Made by a program: the position numbers and the translations under genes
Shown here: one piece after another, positions 24,251 through 35,431 of the stretch
Layout: every line of letters starts with the position of its first letter
How positions within the stretch are numbered: the first letter of the stretch is position 1
The notes under the pieces: generated by a model
Seen by the model: only the letters and a program-made list of their open reading frames with translations
Told to the model about the DNA's origin: nothing
The model's database searches: none
Origin: Mustelus asterias
Taxonomy: Eukaryota
Direction of reading: 5' to 3'
NCBI RefSeq assembly: GCF_964213995.1
Contig: NC_135810.1
Location: forward strand, 12,152,001-12,216,000
DNA length: 64,000 nucleotides

Positions 24251-24564
24251 TACAAGACGAGTGACGTTACCACTATGCCACTGCCTCCTTAAATATAGAT
24301 GCATTGAGGTTTATTTTAAAGCAGAGATGATGAGGCAATGGCTATATATTTACAATATCATCCTAGGATGAGTGTTTGCTAGTATGATTGGGGTTGGTTT
24401 AAAATAGAATGGCAGAGGGATGGGAACCTAAGCTGGGTGACAAGGAAAGAAACAAGGACAGTTATAGACGAGAGAATATTAAAATTTTAAAATGGTAGAC
24501 AAGGTAATCAAGGGCGATTAGGGCCATAGTCCAAAGAAAAGTTGGGATGATTAAAACTAGCAAA

Positions 24565-27500
24565 ATAGCAAGCTGAAAGGCTTTGTATCTTAATGCATGA
24601 AGCAATCAGAACAAGGTAGACAAACTGATGGCGCAAATCACGGTAAATGGATATGATCTCATGACATGGTTAAAAGGCGATCAAAACTGGGAACTTAATA
24701 TTCAGGGATAGATCATTAAGACAGGAGGGAATGAAAAGGTGGTGGGGTAGCAGCACTGTTAATGAGATGAAATTAGGACCGTTGTGAGCAATGATCTAGA
24801 CTCGGATGATGCATAGTCCATTTGGGTGGAAGTAAAAAAACAGCAAGGGAAAGAAGACATTGGTAGTGGTATCTAGACTCCCAAACAGTAGCCACACTCT
24901 AGGATTTTGATTTTATTTTGATTTGATTTATTATTGTCACATGTATTAACATACAGTGAAAAGTATTGTTTCTTGCGCGCTACACAGACAAAACATACCA
25001 TTCATAGAGAAGGAAACGAGAGAGTGCAGAATGTAGTGTTACAGTCATAGCTAGAGTGTAGAGAAAGATCAACTTAATGCAAGGTAAGTCCATTCAAAAG
25101 TCTGACAGCAGCAGGGAAGAAGCTGTTCTTGAGTCAGTTGGTACATGACCTCAGACTTTTGTATCTTTTTCCTGAAGGAAGAAGGTGGAAGAGAGAATGT
25201 CCGGGGTGCGTGGGGTCCTTAATTATGCTGGCTGCTTTGTTGAGGCAGCGGGAAGTGTAGACAGAGTCAATGGATGGGAGGCTGGTTTGCATGATGAATT
25301 GGGCTATATTCACGATCTTTTGTAGTTCCTTGTGGTCTTGGGCAGAGTAGGAGCTATACCAAGCTGTGATACAACCAGAAAGAATGCTTTCTATGGTGCA
25401 TCTGTAAAAGTTGGTGAGAGTCGTAGCTGACATGCCAAATTTCCTTAGTCTTCTGAGAAAGCAGAGGCGTTGGTGGGCTTTCTTAACTGTAGTGTCGGCA
25501 TGGGGGTGTCCAGGAGAGGTTGTTGGTGATCTGAACACCTAAAAACTTGAAGCTCTCGACGCTTTCTACTTCGTCCCCTTTGATGTAGACAGGAGCATGT
25601 TCTCCTTTACTGAAATCGATGACAATCTCCTTCATTTTGTTGACATTAAGGGAGAGATTATTGTTGCCGCACCAGTTCACCAGATTCTTTGTCTCATTCC
25701 TGTACTCTGTCTCGTCACTGTTTGAGATCCGACCCACGACGGTGGTGTCGTCAACAAACTTGAAAATCAAATTGGAGGGGAATTTGGCCGCACAGTCACA
25801 GGTGTATAAGGAGTATAGTAGGAGGCTGAGAACACAGCCTTGTGGGGCACCGGTGTTGAGGATGATCATGGAGGAGGTGTTGTTGCCTATTCTTACTGAT
25901 TATGGTCTGAGAGATAGGAAGTTCAGGATCCAGTTGCAGAGGGAGGTGCCAAGACCCAAGCCACGGAGTTTGGAGATGAGTTTCATGGGAATAATAGTGT
26001 TGAAGGCTGGGCTGTAGTCAATAAATAGGAGTCTGACATAGGTGTCCTTGTTATCTAGGTGTTCCAGGGTTGAGTGCAGGGCCAGGGAAATGGCGGTAGG
26101 CAAACTATAGTGGATCCAGGTGGTCCAGGAAGCTGGAATTGATTCGTGCCATGACTAACCTTTTGAAGCACTTCATAAGGAAAGTGTATAAATCAACAAA
26201 TAATAGGAGTATGTAAAAGGGATGGAGTAATAATAATGGGTAACTTTAATTTTCATATTGATAGGGTTAATCAGATTGGAACGGTTAGCTATGGCATAAT
26301 TCAGAGAGAGCATTAAGGATAGTTTCCTAAAGCAATATGTCATGGAGCCAACAAGGGAACTGGCTATTTTAGATCTGGGAATAAATGACCGAGCAGAGTT
26401 AACATGGCTTCATGAAAGGGAAATCCTGTCTAATTTAGAGTTTTTTGAGGTAGTCTCGACCAGAATGGATAGAGGGGAACCAGTAAATGTATTGTATGTG
26501 GACTTCCAGAAGGTGTTCAACAAGGTACTTCACAAAAGGTTAAGTCATAAGAGCCCATGGTGTTGGAGGTAGTATATTGGCATGGATAGATAATTGGCTA
26601 CTGGGCAAGAAACAGCAAGTGGAGATAAGGGGTTGTTTTTCAGGTTGGTGACCAGTGAGGTTCCACAGATCAGTGTTGGGACCGCAACTGTAATGACTTA
26701 GAGGAAGGAAGCGAATGTACTTTAGTTAAATTTGCAGACATGACAAAAATAAGTGGAAAGTTGCGCGACGGATACTAGCAGTTTACAAAGAAATATTGAT
26801 AGGTTAAGTAAGTGGGCATAAAGTTGGCAAATGGAGTATAATGTGGAAAATGTGAAGTTCATTTTGGATGGGAGAACAAAAGAGTAGTATTTAAATGGAG
26901 AAAAACTGCAAAAAGCTGTAACACAAAGGGACTTGGTGGGGTGGGGGGGCAGTACTTGTGCATGCACACAGGTAATCAGGAAGGTTAATGGAACGGTGGC
27001 CCTTATTTTAAGGGGGTTGGAGTATAAGAGTAGGGAAGTCTTGCTGCAACTGTACAAGATACTGGAATACTAAGAGCAGTTTGCTCCTGTCACTTGAGGA
27101 AAGATATTGCATTGGAGGCAGTTCAGAGAAGATTCACTCGGATGATCCCTGGTAAGGAGGGATTATCTTATGAGCAAAGGTTAAACAGGTTGGGACTCTA
27201 CTCATTGGAATTTAGAAGAATGAGAGGTGATCTCATTGAAACATAAGATTCTTAAGGAGCTTTATAGGGTAAATGCTGAGAGCATGTTTCCCTTAATGGA
27301 CAAGTCTAAGACCAGAGGGCATGGTCTCAGAATAAAGGGATGCCAAATTTTAAGACTCAGATGAGGAGGAATTTCTTCTGAGGGTTCAGAGTCTTTGGGA
27401 GTCCTTGCCACAGAGAGCTGTGGAGGCAGAGTCCTTGTGTTTGTTTAAGGCTTAGATAGATTCTTGATCAGTAAGGGAATCAAGGGCATGAGGAATGTTG

Positions 27501-27580
27501 GATCAGCATGATCCTATTGAATGGTGGACCAGGCTTGAGGGGCCAAACAGCCTGCTTCTGTACCTATTTTTTCATGATCT
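24565..27580 (+). mobile_element. Internally deleted CR1 LINE (EN and RT remnants) hosting a nested Rex/Babar element
   Basis: EN start LKGFVLNA/RNKVD-like, EPTRELAILDL, RT motif VLYVDFQKVFNKVLHKRL and a CR1 3' tail. Confidence 0.75.
24905..26178 (-). mobile_element. Rex1/Babar-like LINE, 5'-truncated, frameshifted RT
   Basis: [76 protein letters not shown]; (AAATC)n tail. Confidence 0.85.
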
Positions 27581-28156
27581 CGCATCAGGAACAAGGAGGG
27601 GAGTTTTGTTGTCAGTAGTTGTCGGAATGGAGTGTGGGTGAGCAGGAGGTGGGTCTCGCTGAAAAAAGGCAATTACAGAAGATGGGAGAGCAATTAGAGT
27701 TCATCAGTTCATGATTAGGACATATGGGATTCATGATTAGGATATAAAGAGAACCTGGGGGTGGGCAGGGAAGAGGTTCAGCTTGTTGGAAAAGGGGAAA
27801 TTGGCAATTGAACAATGGTCTGTACCTCAGTGATGAATAAATCCTCAGAGGAGATCTCCATTTGAACTATATTGAACAGGAAGATTTGTTTTCAGGTTGC
27901 TAATATTAAATGGTCTTAACTGGGATAGTTAAGGGTGCTGGAGTTTGCAGCAGTGGCCCTTGATTAAATATTGACTCCGGCTGAAAGTACACATGTGGAT
28001 TGCAAATGAAGATCAGATCAGGTTTAGCTGCAATTATTTGTTGAAGCTGATGCTTAAGTGGGGTGGGGTGGACGTTTGCTTTAAAATTGAAATGTTAATG
28101 TGGATTTGGGACCATGCAAAACTAGTTTCCTCTAAATCTTTATTCTTTCCTTGCAG

Positions 28157-28182
28157 TAAAATATTCTCCACCTCGACTGTGA
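28157..28182 (+). CDS. BORA: Candidate BORA terminal coding exon
   Basis: Strong acceptor TTCTTTCCTTGCAG; phase 1 gives (V)KYSPPRL-TGA; followed by ~770 nt of repeat-free AT-rich UTR and AATAAA. Confidence 0.55.
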
Positions 28183-28943
28183 TGAGAAGTCGCCTTGTTT
28201 TATGTAACAACCTCTTGAAATGACCGTGGAGAACCAGAGCCCACTGGGGATAACTGTCTTTCTTTTAACTGAGTTATGGCTGCACAATTCAGTCTTAATC
28301 GCTAGAACCATTGTTGACTGTGAATGGATTTAAAATTCATGCCACAATTGGCAACTAGGATGAAAGTCAAACAAAAATCTCAATCAGCACTTATAAAAAT
28401 ATTAATTGCATGTAGTTAAAGAGAAACTATTTATAAAGTATCTGAATTTACTGATCTGTTAGCCATAAAATCATGAATTTAAAGCAACAACTTTAGTCTA
28501 TGTGTTGTTTTTCATTCAAATTTATGCATAAGCAAATATCCCCATGAATCAGGCTTGATTGTCAATGTTTTTATGCCGTGGCATGTATTGTCATTTATTT
28601 TATTATGTAAGAAAATAGATGGAATTAATAACTTTTTAAAGAAAATTTAAAATCAATGGCAGTTTACCATCTTTTCAATGACTTGCCACTTGGCTCTTCA
28701 TCTGGGGACATCGAAATCAGGATCCTGGATGCAGAATGGCTGGTACAATCAAGTTTAAATTTGAAATGAAAAATATACTCCTAAAATATTCCCCTTTTAA
28801 AAGATTTTGCTTTTGATTTCAGTAGTTAAATATTTTAAATAGCAAAAAAAACTAATGTTTACAATTTAGGCCTAAATGCTTAATTACAATTGTCCGTCCA
28901 GTAGCAATATTTTTATATTTGTGCCTTTTAAAAATCGATATTT

Positions 28944-28949
28944 AATAAA
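28944..28949 (+). terminator. Candidate BORA polyadenylation signal
   Basis: AATAAA followed by GT/T-rich TGTGTTTCTTTTTGT about 15-30 nt downstream. Confidence 0.55.
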
Positions 28950-29259
28950 AGTTTCCAAATCCTGTGTTTCTTTTTGTCCTTGCACTAGAACATATCATTA
29001 TTTCTGAACACTGCAACAAAGGTACATTCCAAAATGTGTTTTATATATTCCTCTACACTTTTCATTGCAGAAATTTAAATGGTTTACAGAAAGCACATTT
29101 GAGGACCCATTGCAAACAAGTATTTCCCAGAAGTTCTTAAAACATTTCTAGTTTAATGTTTGTCTCCTGAACACTTTAGATTTATTTATTTAGTCGCTTT
29201 TTGCATGAGCAGCTCGTCTGTGGTGTTGTAGCCATTCTATGATTCAATGCTGTTTAAAG

Positions 29260-29914
29260 GGAATAATCAAGTTTGTAAACCACAAACATGATGTTTTCAG
29301 GTAGTAGAGGTGGACAGTGTTATGAGGCTACATATACTATTATTCCCAGGGAGAATGGAGAAGATAGGGTAAATTCTTGAATCAATTGTACCTGGAGACT
29401 ACCGTACGTGATTTTACACAAATTGTATGTTCTCCACTCACTGCATTTTGCTGAAGAAATCTGCTTTACACAGTTCAAATAAATTGTTTTCTGCAATTCA
29501 TATTGTAAGTCCCACTCAACTCCATCTCATTGACTAACAGTGGTGTTGTCAATAGTCTGGTATCGAGATGAAAATAAATGGATAGAATGTGGGATTTAAA
29601 GCTCAACTCGGGGTTAAACACTATTGAGGTTCTGCACCACTATGCTCAGCTTAAAGGAATGACGGAGGATATAAAGGCAAGAGTAGTTTTCATGGTGGGA
29701 AGTTGAAAATAACTTTGATCTTCCTAGTGTTATAGCTCATTTATGACAAAATCAAGTTCGGACCAACAATCTAAACGGTAACTAAACTGAGCTTTATTTG
29801 GTGTTTGTCTTAAAGGGACAAGGTTTTAACTGAGCATTGTAAAATAGTCTATCAAACAAATTACACCCCTTCCCTTTAAACATCATGTTTGTGGTTTACA
29901 AACTTGATTATTCC
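29260..29914. repeat. Perfect 37-bp inverted repeat pair (29260-29296 and 29878-29914)
   Basis: GGAATAATCAAGTTTGTAAACCACAAACATGATGTTT and its exact reverse complement. Confidence 0.9.
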
Positions 29915-30708
29915 AACCTTTGCAGGCCTTCTAGAAATTTCAACCTTCAACAGGTACTTGGGTCCCGTGTACAAGAATCTAACCCGGTATACAAAAGGAA
30001 TGACAATTTTTTTTAAATTGCAAACTCTTGAGCCTCATGTATGATTTTTTTCTCTTCCTGGTTTGTTCCACTCACCTCTGCATGTTATTCTACAACCAAG
30101 CCTGACCACCCCTGACTGCACCCTACAGTTCATGAGAAGGGAGCTATCCTCTTTAAATTAGCTGGGGTTGGAAGCTGCTTCTATATTGCAAAATAACTGC
30201 TCTATTTTGGATGCAGAAGTGACAGTTGGTCAGAAAACAATGCTCCAACAAGCAATTGGAATCTATTGCTTTGGAAACTTTATTGAAAGTTAAATGTTAG
30301 AAGTTTAATTCTTCTCCCAACTGCAATCATTGAAAATAATGTTGAGAAGTGGATGCACTAGCAATGCCACATTTATTATCCATCCTTATTTGCAATAAAT
30401 GCAATGAGTAAAGCATAAGTGTAGGTCAGGAGTCACATAGGGAAGATCAAGGAGAAAACCATGTTTTATGACTGGCAATACTCAGTTATTTTATGTTAGT
30501 GCTGGCTCTCAAATCACCAGCTTTAATAGATTCACTTTCCAAATTTTGTCAAGATGGTATCTGAACAGAACCTGGCTTGTTGGTTGGGTCCCTGACCTAC
30601 TGGCTACCATACCCTGATGTGGAGATGCCGGCGTTGGACTGGGGTAAACACAGTAAGAGTTTTAACAACAACAGGTTAAAGTCCAACAGGTTTATTTGGT
30701 AGCAAATG

Positions 30709-30745
30709 CCATTAGCTTTCGGAGCGCTGCTCCTTCGTCAGATGG
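30709..30745 (-). ncRNA. Minimal type I hammerhead ribozyme motif with intact core
   Basis: CCAU-CUGACGA-A-GGAGC(AGC)GCUCC-GAA-AGCU-A-AUGG: stem I, core, stem II, palindromic stem III. Confidence 0.75.
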
Positions 30746-30770
30746 AATGGATATCTGGCAGATATTCATT

Positions 30771-30807
30771 CCATCTGACAAAGGAGCAGCACTCCGAAAG
30801 CTAATGG
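30771..30807 (+). ncRNA. Mutated hammerhead motif (G8 to A, stem II mismatch)
   Basis: CCAT-CTGACAA-A-GGAGCAGCACTCC-GAA-AGCT-A-ATGG; two CG to CA changes relative to the minus-strand copy. Confidence 0.6.
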
Positions 30808-32194
30808 CATTTACTACCAAATGTTGGACTTTAACCTGGTGCTGTTAAAATTCTTACTGTGTTTACCATACCCTGTCCATAATGATTGTTCTCACAGGAA
30901 TGAAGGCACACTGAGTATTAATGTAACTGAAAACAACACGTTTACACAAATTGTAGCAGGCAGGAAAGGTCGCTAGGCATGGACTGGGGTATGATATTCA
31001 GAAGTGGGTGCTTGACAGCCTTGCTGATGAAGGGGTGAAGGATGCAGATGCCAGGATTAGAAGAGATACAAGACTAGCAAACTCAGAGCTGGATGAGATT
31101 CCAAATTTGGGAGGGTAAAAGTTGTGGATGACTTGTGAATCAGGATTTTGAATTCAACGCACTGACAAACAAGGAGCAATTGGTCAAGGTAGAGGTATTG
31201 GCAGATTTGGACAGGATATCAGTGATTGCCCCTTTTACTATGATTGTTTTGGAGTTTATAGTGAGGAGTGTTGGAAAAGTTCAAACTGATGACAACAAAG
31301 GCTTATGCAGTAAGAGTGACTAGTGCCACACAGGATGTGTGGTTCGAATGCCAAACAGCACAAGATTGCACACTGAGAAATGGGTTCAGAAATCACCAAA
31401 GTTTCTTTCCAGGGGTCAGTTTTTGAAGACCTAGAGATAAGGAATTTATGAGAATTTGTAGAAAATTAACATCTCTGCTTTATAGCCGAAGCACTGTACA
31501 GCCAATGAAGTACCTTTGAAGTCTAGTCATTATAACTTAGGAAGTATAATATGTGTGTGTGTGTTCGGAAAGCTAAGGTTATCATGTATGCAAATTGAGA
31601 TTCCCCCAAGCTACAGGATTATCTAAACCAGTAAATGTAGAAACAGCATATTTGAGTAGTCTGAAGTGTTCCACAGCCAGAGAGAGATTGTTCCTGTTGG
31701 GATATTTTTTCTAATACAAAATGATCAGAGATCTTGCCCTGCACTTGCAAACCAAGTCCCACTCTCCCTCCCCAGACAACAACTATTGTGGCTGGGAAAT
31801 TGGCTGAGACAGATCTACATCCAGGTGGCAATTCATACAATCCTTTAATTTGTGTACTCCACCCCCACCTATAAACTACCACAAATGTTTGGAAAACTTT
31901 TCAGACTGCATACTGAAGTACTACACTACTAAAGGAAAACAAAGACATTTTGTGAAAGAATGATTAAAGTCAGTTTTCATTGCTATTTTAACAAATTGAT
32001 TTTTCCACATATAGTATTTTTCAAAGGAGAAACAAGTGGAAAACTGGGCTTGAACTTGAGCCAAATGCTCCGCTTACATTGTCGAACATTAAGTATTGAG
32101 AGACAGTTGAAACTCTGCTTTTAGTAAATAATACTTTTGAAGTGTGTCCAGCACTAGCTTTTGATCAATGACTTTAGCCATCAAGGGACTGACA

Positions 32195-32945
32195 ATGTCA
32201 GAGAGATATACAGCATGGAAACAGGTCCATGCTGTCCTAAACTGAACTAGTCCCATTTGGCTGTCTTTAGCCAATATCCCTCTAAACCTGTCCTATCCAT
32301 GTACCTGTCCAAATGTCTTTTAAATGTGATTGACCTGCCTCTGGCACCTCATTCCACCTTCAGTGTGAGAAGTTGCTCTAGTTTTGGACTCCCCTACCGA
32401 CTATTCATCTTATCTATGCCCCTCATGATTTTATAAACCTTTGTAAGGTCACCCCTCATCCTTCTATGTTCCAGGGACAAAAGTCCCAGCCTATCCAGTC
32501 TCTCCTTATAATTTAAGTCTTCCAGTCCCAGTAACATCCTTGTAAAATCCAAAGATGTGCGAGTTAGGTTGATTGGCCTTGTTAAATTAACCCTAGTGTC
32601 AGGGGGATTAACAGGGTAAATATGAGTGGTTATGTGAATAGGGCCTAGGTGGAATTGTAGTCGATGCAGACTCGATGGGCCGAATGGCCTCCTTCTGCAC
32701 GGTAGGGATTCTATGATTCTAAATCTTTTTTTGTGCCCTTTCCAGTTTAATAACATCCTTCCTATAGCAAGGTGACCTGAATTGTATGCAATGCTCCAAA
32801 TGTGGACTTACCAATGTCTAGTACAGTTGTAACATATTGTCCCAACTCCTGTACTCAATACTCTGACCGATGAAGAAAAGTGCCAAACACTTTACCACCC
32901 TGTCCACCTGTGATGCCACTTTGAAGGAACTATGTACCTGCACTA
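32195..32945 (-). mobile_element. CR1 LINE 3' fragment with an inserted HE1-like SINE 3' half (~32548-32720, +)
   Basis: FTRMLLGLEDLNYKERLDRLGLLSLEHRRMRGDLTKVYKIMRGIDK, a CR1 C-terminal motif. Confidence 0.8.
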
Positions 32946-33019
32946 TTAGGTATGATAACAGTCAATGTACTACTATCCTTGCTGCAGTATAAAGACCAAT
33001 CTACAGATAATCCAAGCCC

Positions 33020-33250
33020 CCATCCTATACAATCCTGGAAGATCAACTCTTCTGTTATTCTCCTGCCTTTCACCTTGTCACCGACTTTCATTCTGTCGTT
33101 GTCTCATCCACCCATTCCCATTGCTCAAAACCTATTTCTAACTATTCCCAGTTCTGATGAAAGGTCACAGACCCGAAACATTAATTCTTATTTCTCTCCG
33201 CAGATGCTGTCATAACCTGCTGAGTATTTCCAGTATTTTTGTTTGTTAGA
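33020..33250 (+). mobile_element. Penelope-like terminal fragment with hammerhead motif at 33150-33186
   Basis: AGTT-CTGATGA-A-AGGTC(ACA)GACCC-GAA-ACAT-T-AATT followed by TTTCTCTCCGCAGATGCTG...CCTGCTGAGTATTTCCAG; inverse homologs at 2735-2810, 10865-10945 and 59274-59347. Confidence 0.65.
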
Positions 33251-33306
33251 ATATAGTCTTGAATTAGTTTTAAAAATACAAAGTGATGTATAAAAAAAGT
33301 CAGCAT

Positions 33307-33312
33307 TTTATT
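33307..33312 (-). terminator. Candidate DIS3 polyadenylation signal
   Basis: AATAAA on the minus strand ~160 nt after the stop codon. Confidence 0.55.
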
Positions 33313-33470
33313 CAAAAAAGATGGCATTTCTCTTATAAAAATGTGTAAATCATACAAATGATTTTCCATATTATCCACATATAATTATCTCTGCTTAAAA
33401 CAGACATTTCACACTAAATCAGCTAGAACAAATACTAGCCAAAGTAATAGTCGAACAGAGTGGGACTTTT

Positions 33471-33557
33471 CTAGCTTAGCTTAGTTTTCTTCATCTGAGG
33501 TTCTTCAATAATGGCATTTTTCAGTGATGAACTTCTTGGAACACTGACTCCAGGAAT
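33471..33557 (-). CDS. DIS3: DIS3 exon 21 (terminal)
   Basis: IPGVSVPRSSSLKNAIIEEPQMKKTKLS-TAG; CAG acceptor; basic C-terminal NLS-like tail. Confidence 0.9.
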   Translation of the reverse strand: MPGVSVPRSSSLKNAIIEEPQMKKTKLS

Positions 33558-34119
33558 CTGTCAGGAGAAACAAACATATAGAACAAATTTACAAAACTTA
33601 TATATTGAGACATTTCAAAAGAAGGATGGGTGGAGAGGATAGAAGCTATAAGTGGAAACAAAGGAAAACTAAATTCCAACATCTGATTGCGAAATGCATC
33701 GTTCACCTTGAAGCAAAATTGCTAATTGGTGAAAGACTGAAAGTTTTAATCATCTCTAAAAAGGCCATCTGTTGTAAGCAAATATAAGGGAGTCATTTAG
33801 TGTTGAATGAGCAGGCAATAGTAAACTACCAATAAGCTGATGAACCTGAGGCATAAACAACACAACGGTTTGGTTTATAGAGTGTGTGATTTGTGTATTC
33901 TGACTAGCAAGCGTACTAATTGGAACATAGTAAAATACAACATTCAATTTAATGCTCTTCAAATCTTCAAGAAAACCCAGTTCACCACCACAACACTACT
34001 TGCTAATAAATCAAGCAAACAAAGGACTAGGGCTGTAAAAATTTCAGTTACAAAGCAAGGAAAGTTACTCTTTGGATCTCAATCTTTAAACAAGGTTTTG
34101 AAGTAAAGTTTTTAAAATT

Positions 34120-34408
34120 TTATTTATTAGTCACAATTAAGGCTTACATTAACACTGCAATGAAGTTACTGTGAAAATCCCCTAGTCGCCTGTTCGGGGA
34201 CACTGAGGGAGAATTTAGCATAGCCAATGCACCTAACCAGCACGTCTTTCGGACTGTGGGAGGAAACCGGAGCACCCGGAGGAAACCCACACAGACACAG
34301 AGACAAGATGCAAACTCCACACAGACAGTGACCCAAGCCGGGATTCGAACCCGGGTTCCTGGCGCTGTGAGGCAGCAGCGCTAACCACTGTGCCACCATG
34401 CTGCCATT
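34120..34408 (-). mobile_element. V-SINE, tail type B
   Basis: Same head and V-domain as 4928-5266; tail TTTTCACAGTAACTTCATTGCAGTGTTAATGTAAGCC. Confidence 0.85.
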
Positions 34409-34531
34409 CAGGTAGAGAATCAACAGGAAGTGACCTAATTGTCCTCATGTTTTTATCCTCCAGGGATAGACCGTGATGAATGAGCATGGCTTCCTTCCAC
34501 TTTACAGAAAATGAGGGAGGAATATAAAACC

Positions 34532-35425
34532 TAGGCCTGAATTTTCTGTCGGTCACGTGCACTCATCAGGCCTGGAAGTGGGTGCAAAACATGCTTCCCT
34601 CTGTGGTTGGCCCCCACCAGTGTGATTTCAATTAATGGCGTCCAACATGAAATATGTGCTGGGAAAGGTACAGCGCTGCCAGAGAGGGCGGACACTGAGA
34701 AAAAGGAGGGTGCAGACTGGTGCTTCTAATGTGCTACCTCAGGAGGATAGCCGTTGTGGAGCTGCTGGAAAAACAATGCAAGAAGTGTCTAGGCAGCACA
34801 TTCAAACGCAAAGCTCAGTCCCCAGGCACATTTTTAATTTTTTTAAGTTTTAAAAGTTTATCTATTAGTGTCACGAGTAGACTTAAATTAACACTGCAGT
34901 AAAGTTACTGTGAAAATCTCCTGGTTGCCATACTCCAGCACCTGTTCGGGTACACTGAGGGAAAATGTAGGATGGCCAATGCACCTAACCAGCATGTCTT
35001 TCGGACTGTGGGAGGAAACTATGCTGACACAGGGAGAATGTGCAGACTCCACACGGACTGTGACCCAAGCTGGGAATCAAACTTGGGTCCCTGGTGCTGA
35101 GACAGCAGTACTAACCACTGTGCCATCATGCCGCCCACATTTATTTCAGCACGGGGACAGTTCATCCGGCCCTGGATCGAGGTTGAAGTTGAAACGTAAA
35201 GGCTGCCTGGGCCATTGACCCACCCATCAACCGTAAAAGCAGGCGAGCTGCATAAAATTGTGCTCAATTGGCCCCTTAATGGGCTAAGTTGCCTGTTTGA
35301 TTGTTGGCAGGCACACTTCCAACTCTTGAATGTCTACCAACAATTTACCGTGTGCGAGTGCACGATGGCGTCAGAATGTGTGCCCTATGTCTTTTCACGT
35401 GCTTCCATGTTTGGTCCACTACAAA
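34532..35425. mobile_element. TIR element of the same family as 43272-43930, interrupted by a tail-B V-SINE (34858-35135, -)
   Basis: Starts TAGGCCTGAATTTT; 35250-35410 is homologous in reverse complement to 43330-43470. Confidence 0.55.
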
Positions 35426-35431
35426 TTAAAG

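Larger units (their letters stand above)
30617..30867. mobile_element. Palindromic Penelope-like insert flanked by a target-site duplication
   Basis: ~110-bp inverted arms around GATATCT-GGC-AGATATTC; TACCATACCCTG at 30605-30616 and 30864-30875. Confidence 0.8.

Noticed and set aside
25134-26103. Active reverse transcriptase gene
   Set aside because: 5'-truncated, split over three frames, with an altered FADD motif (FVDD); a dead LINE copy
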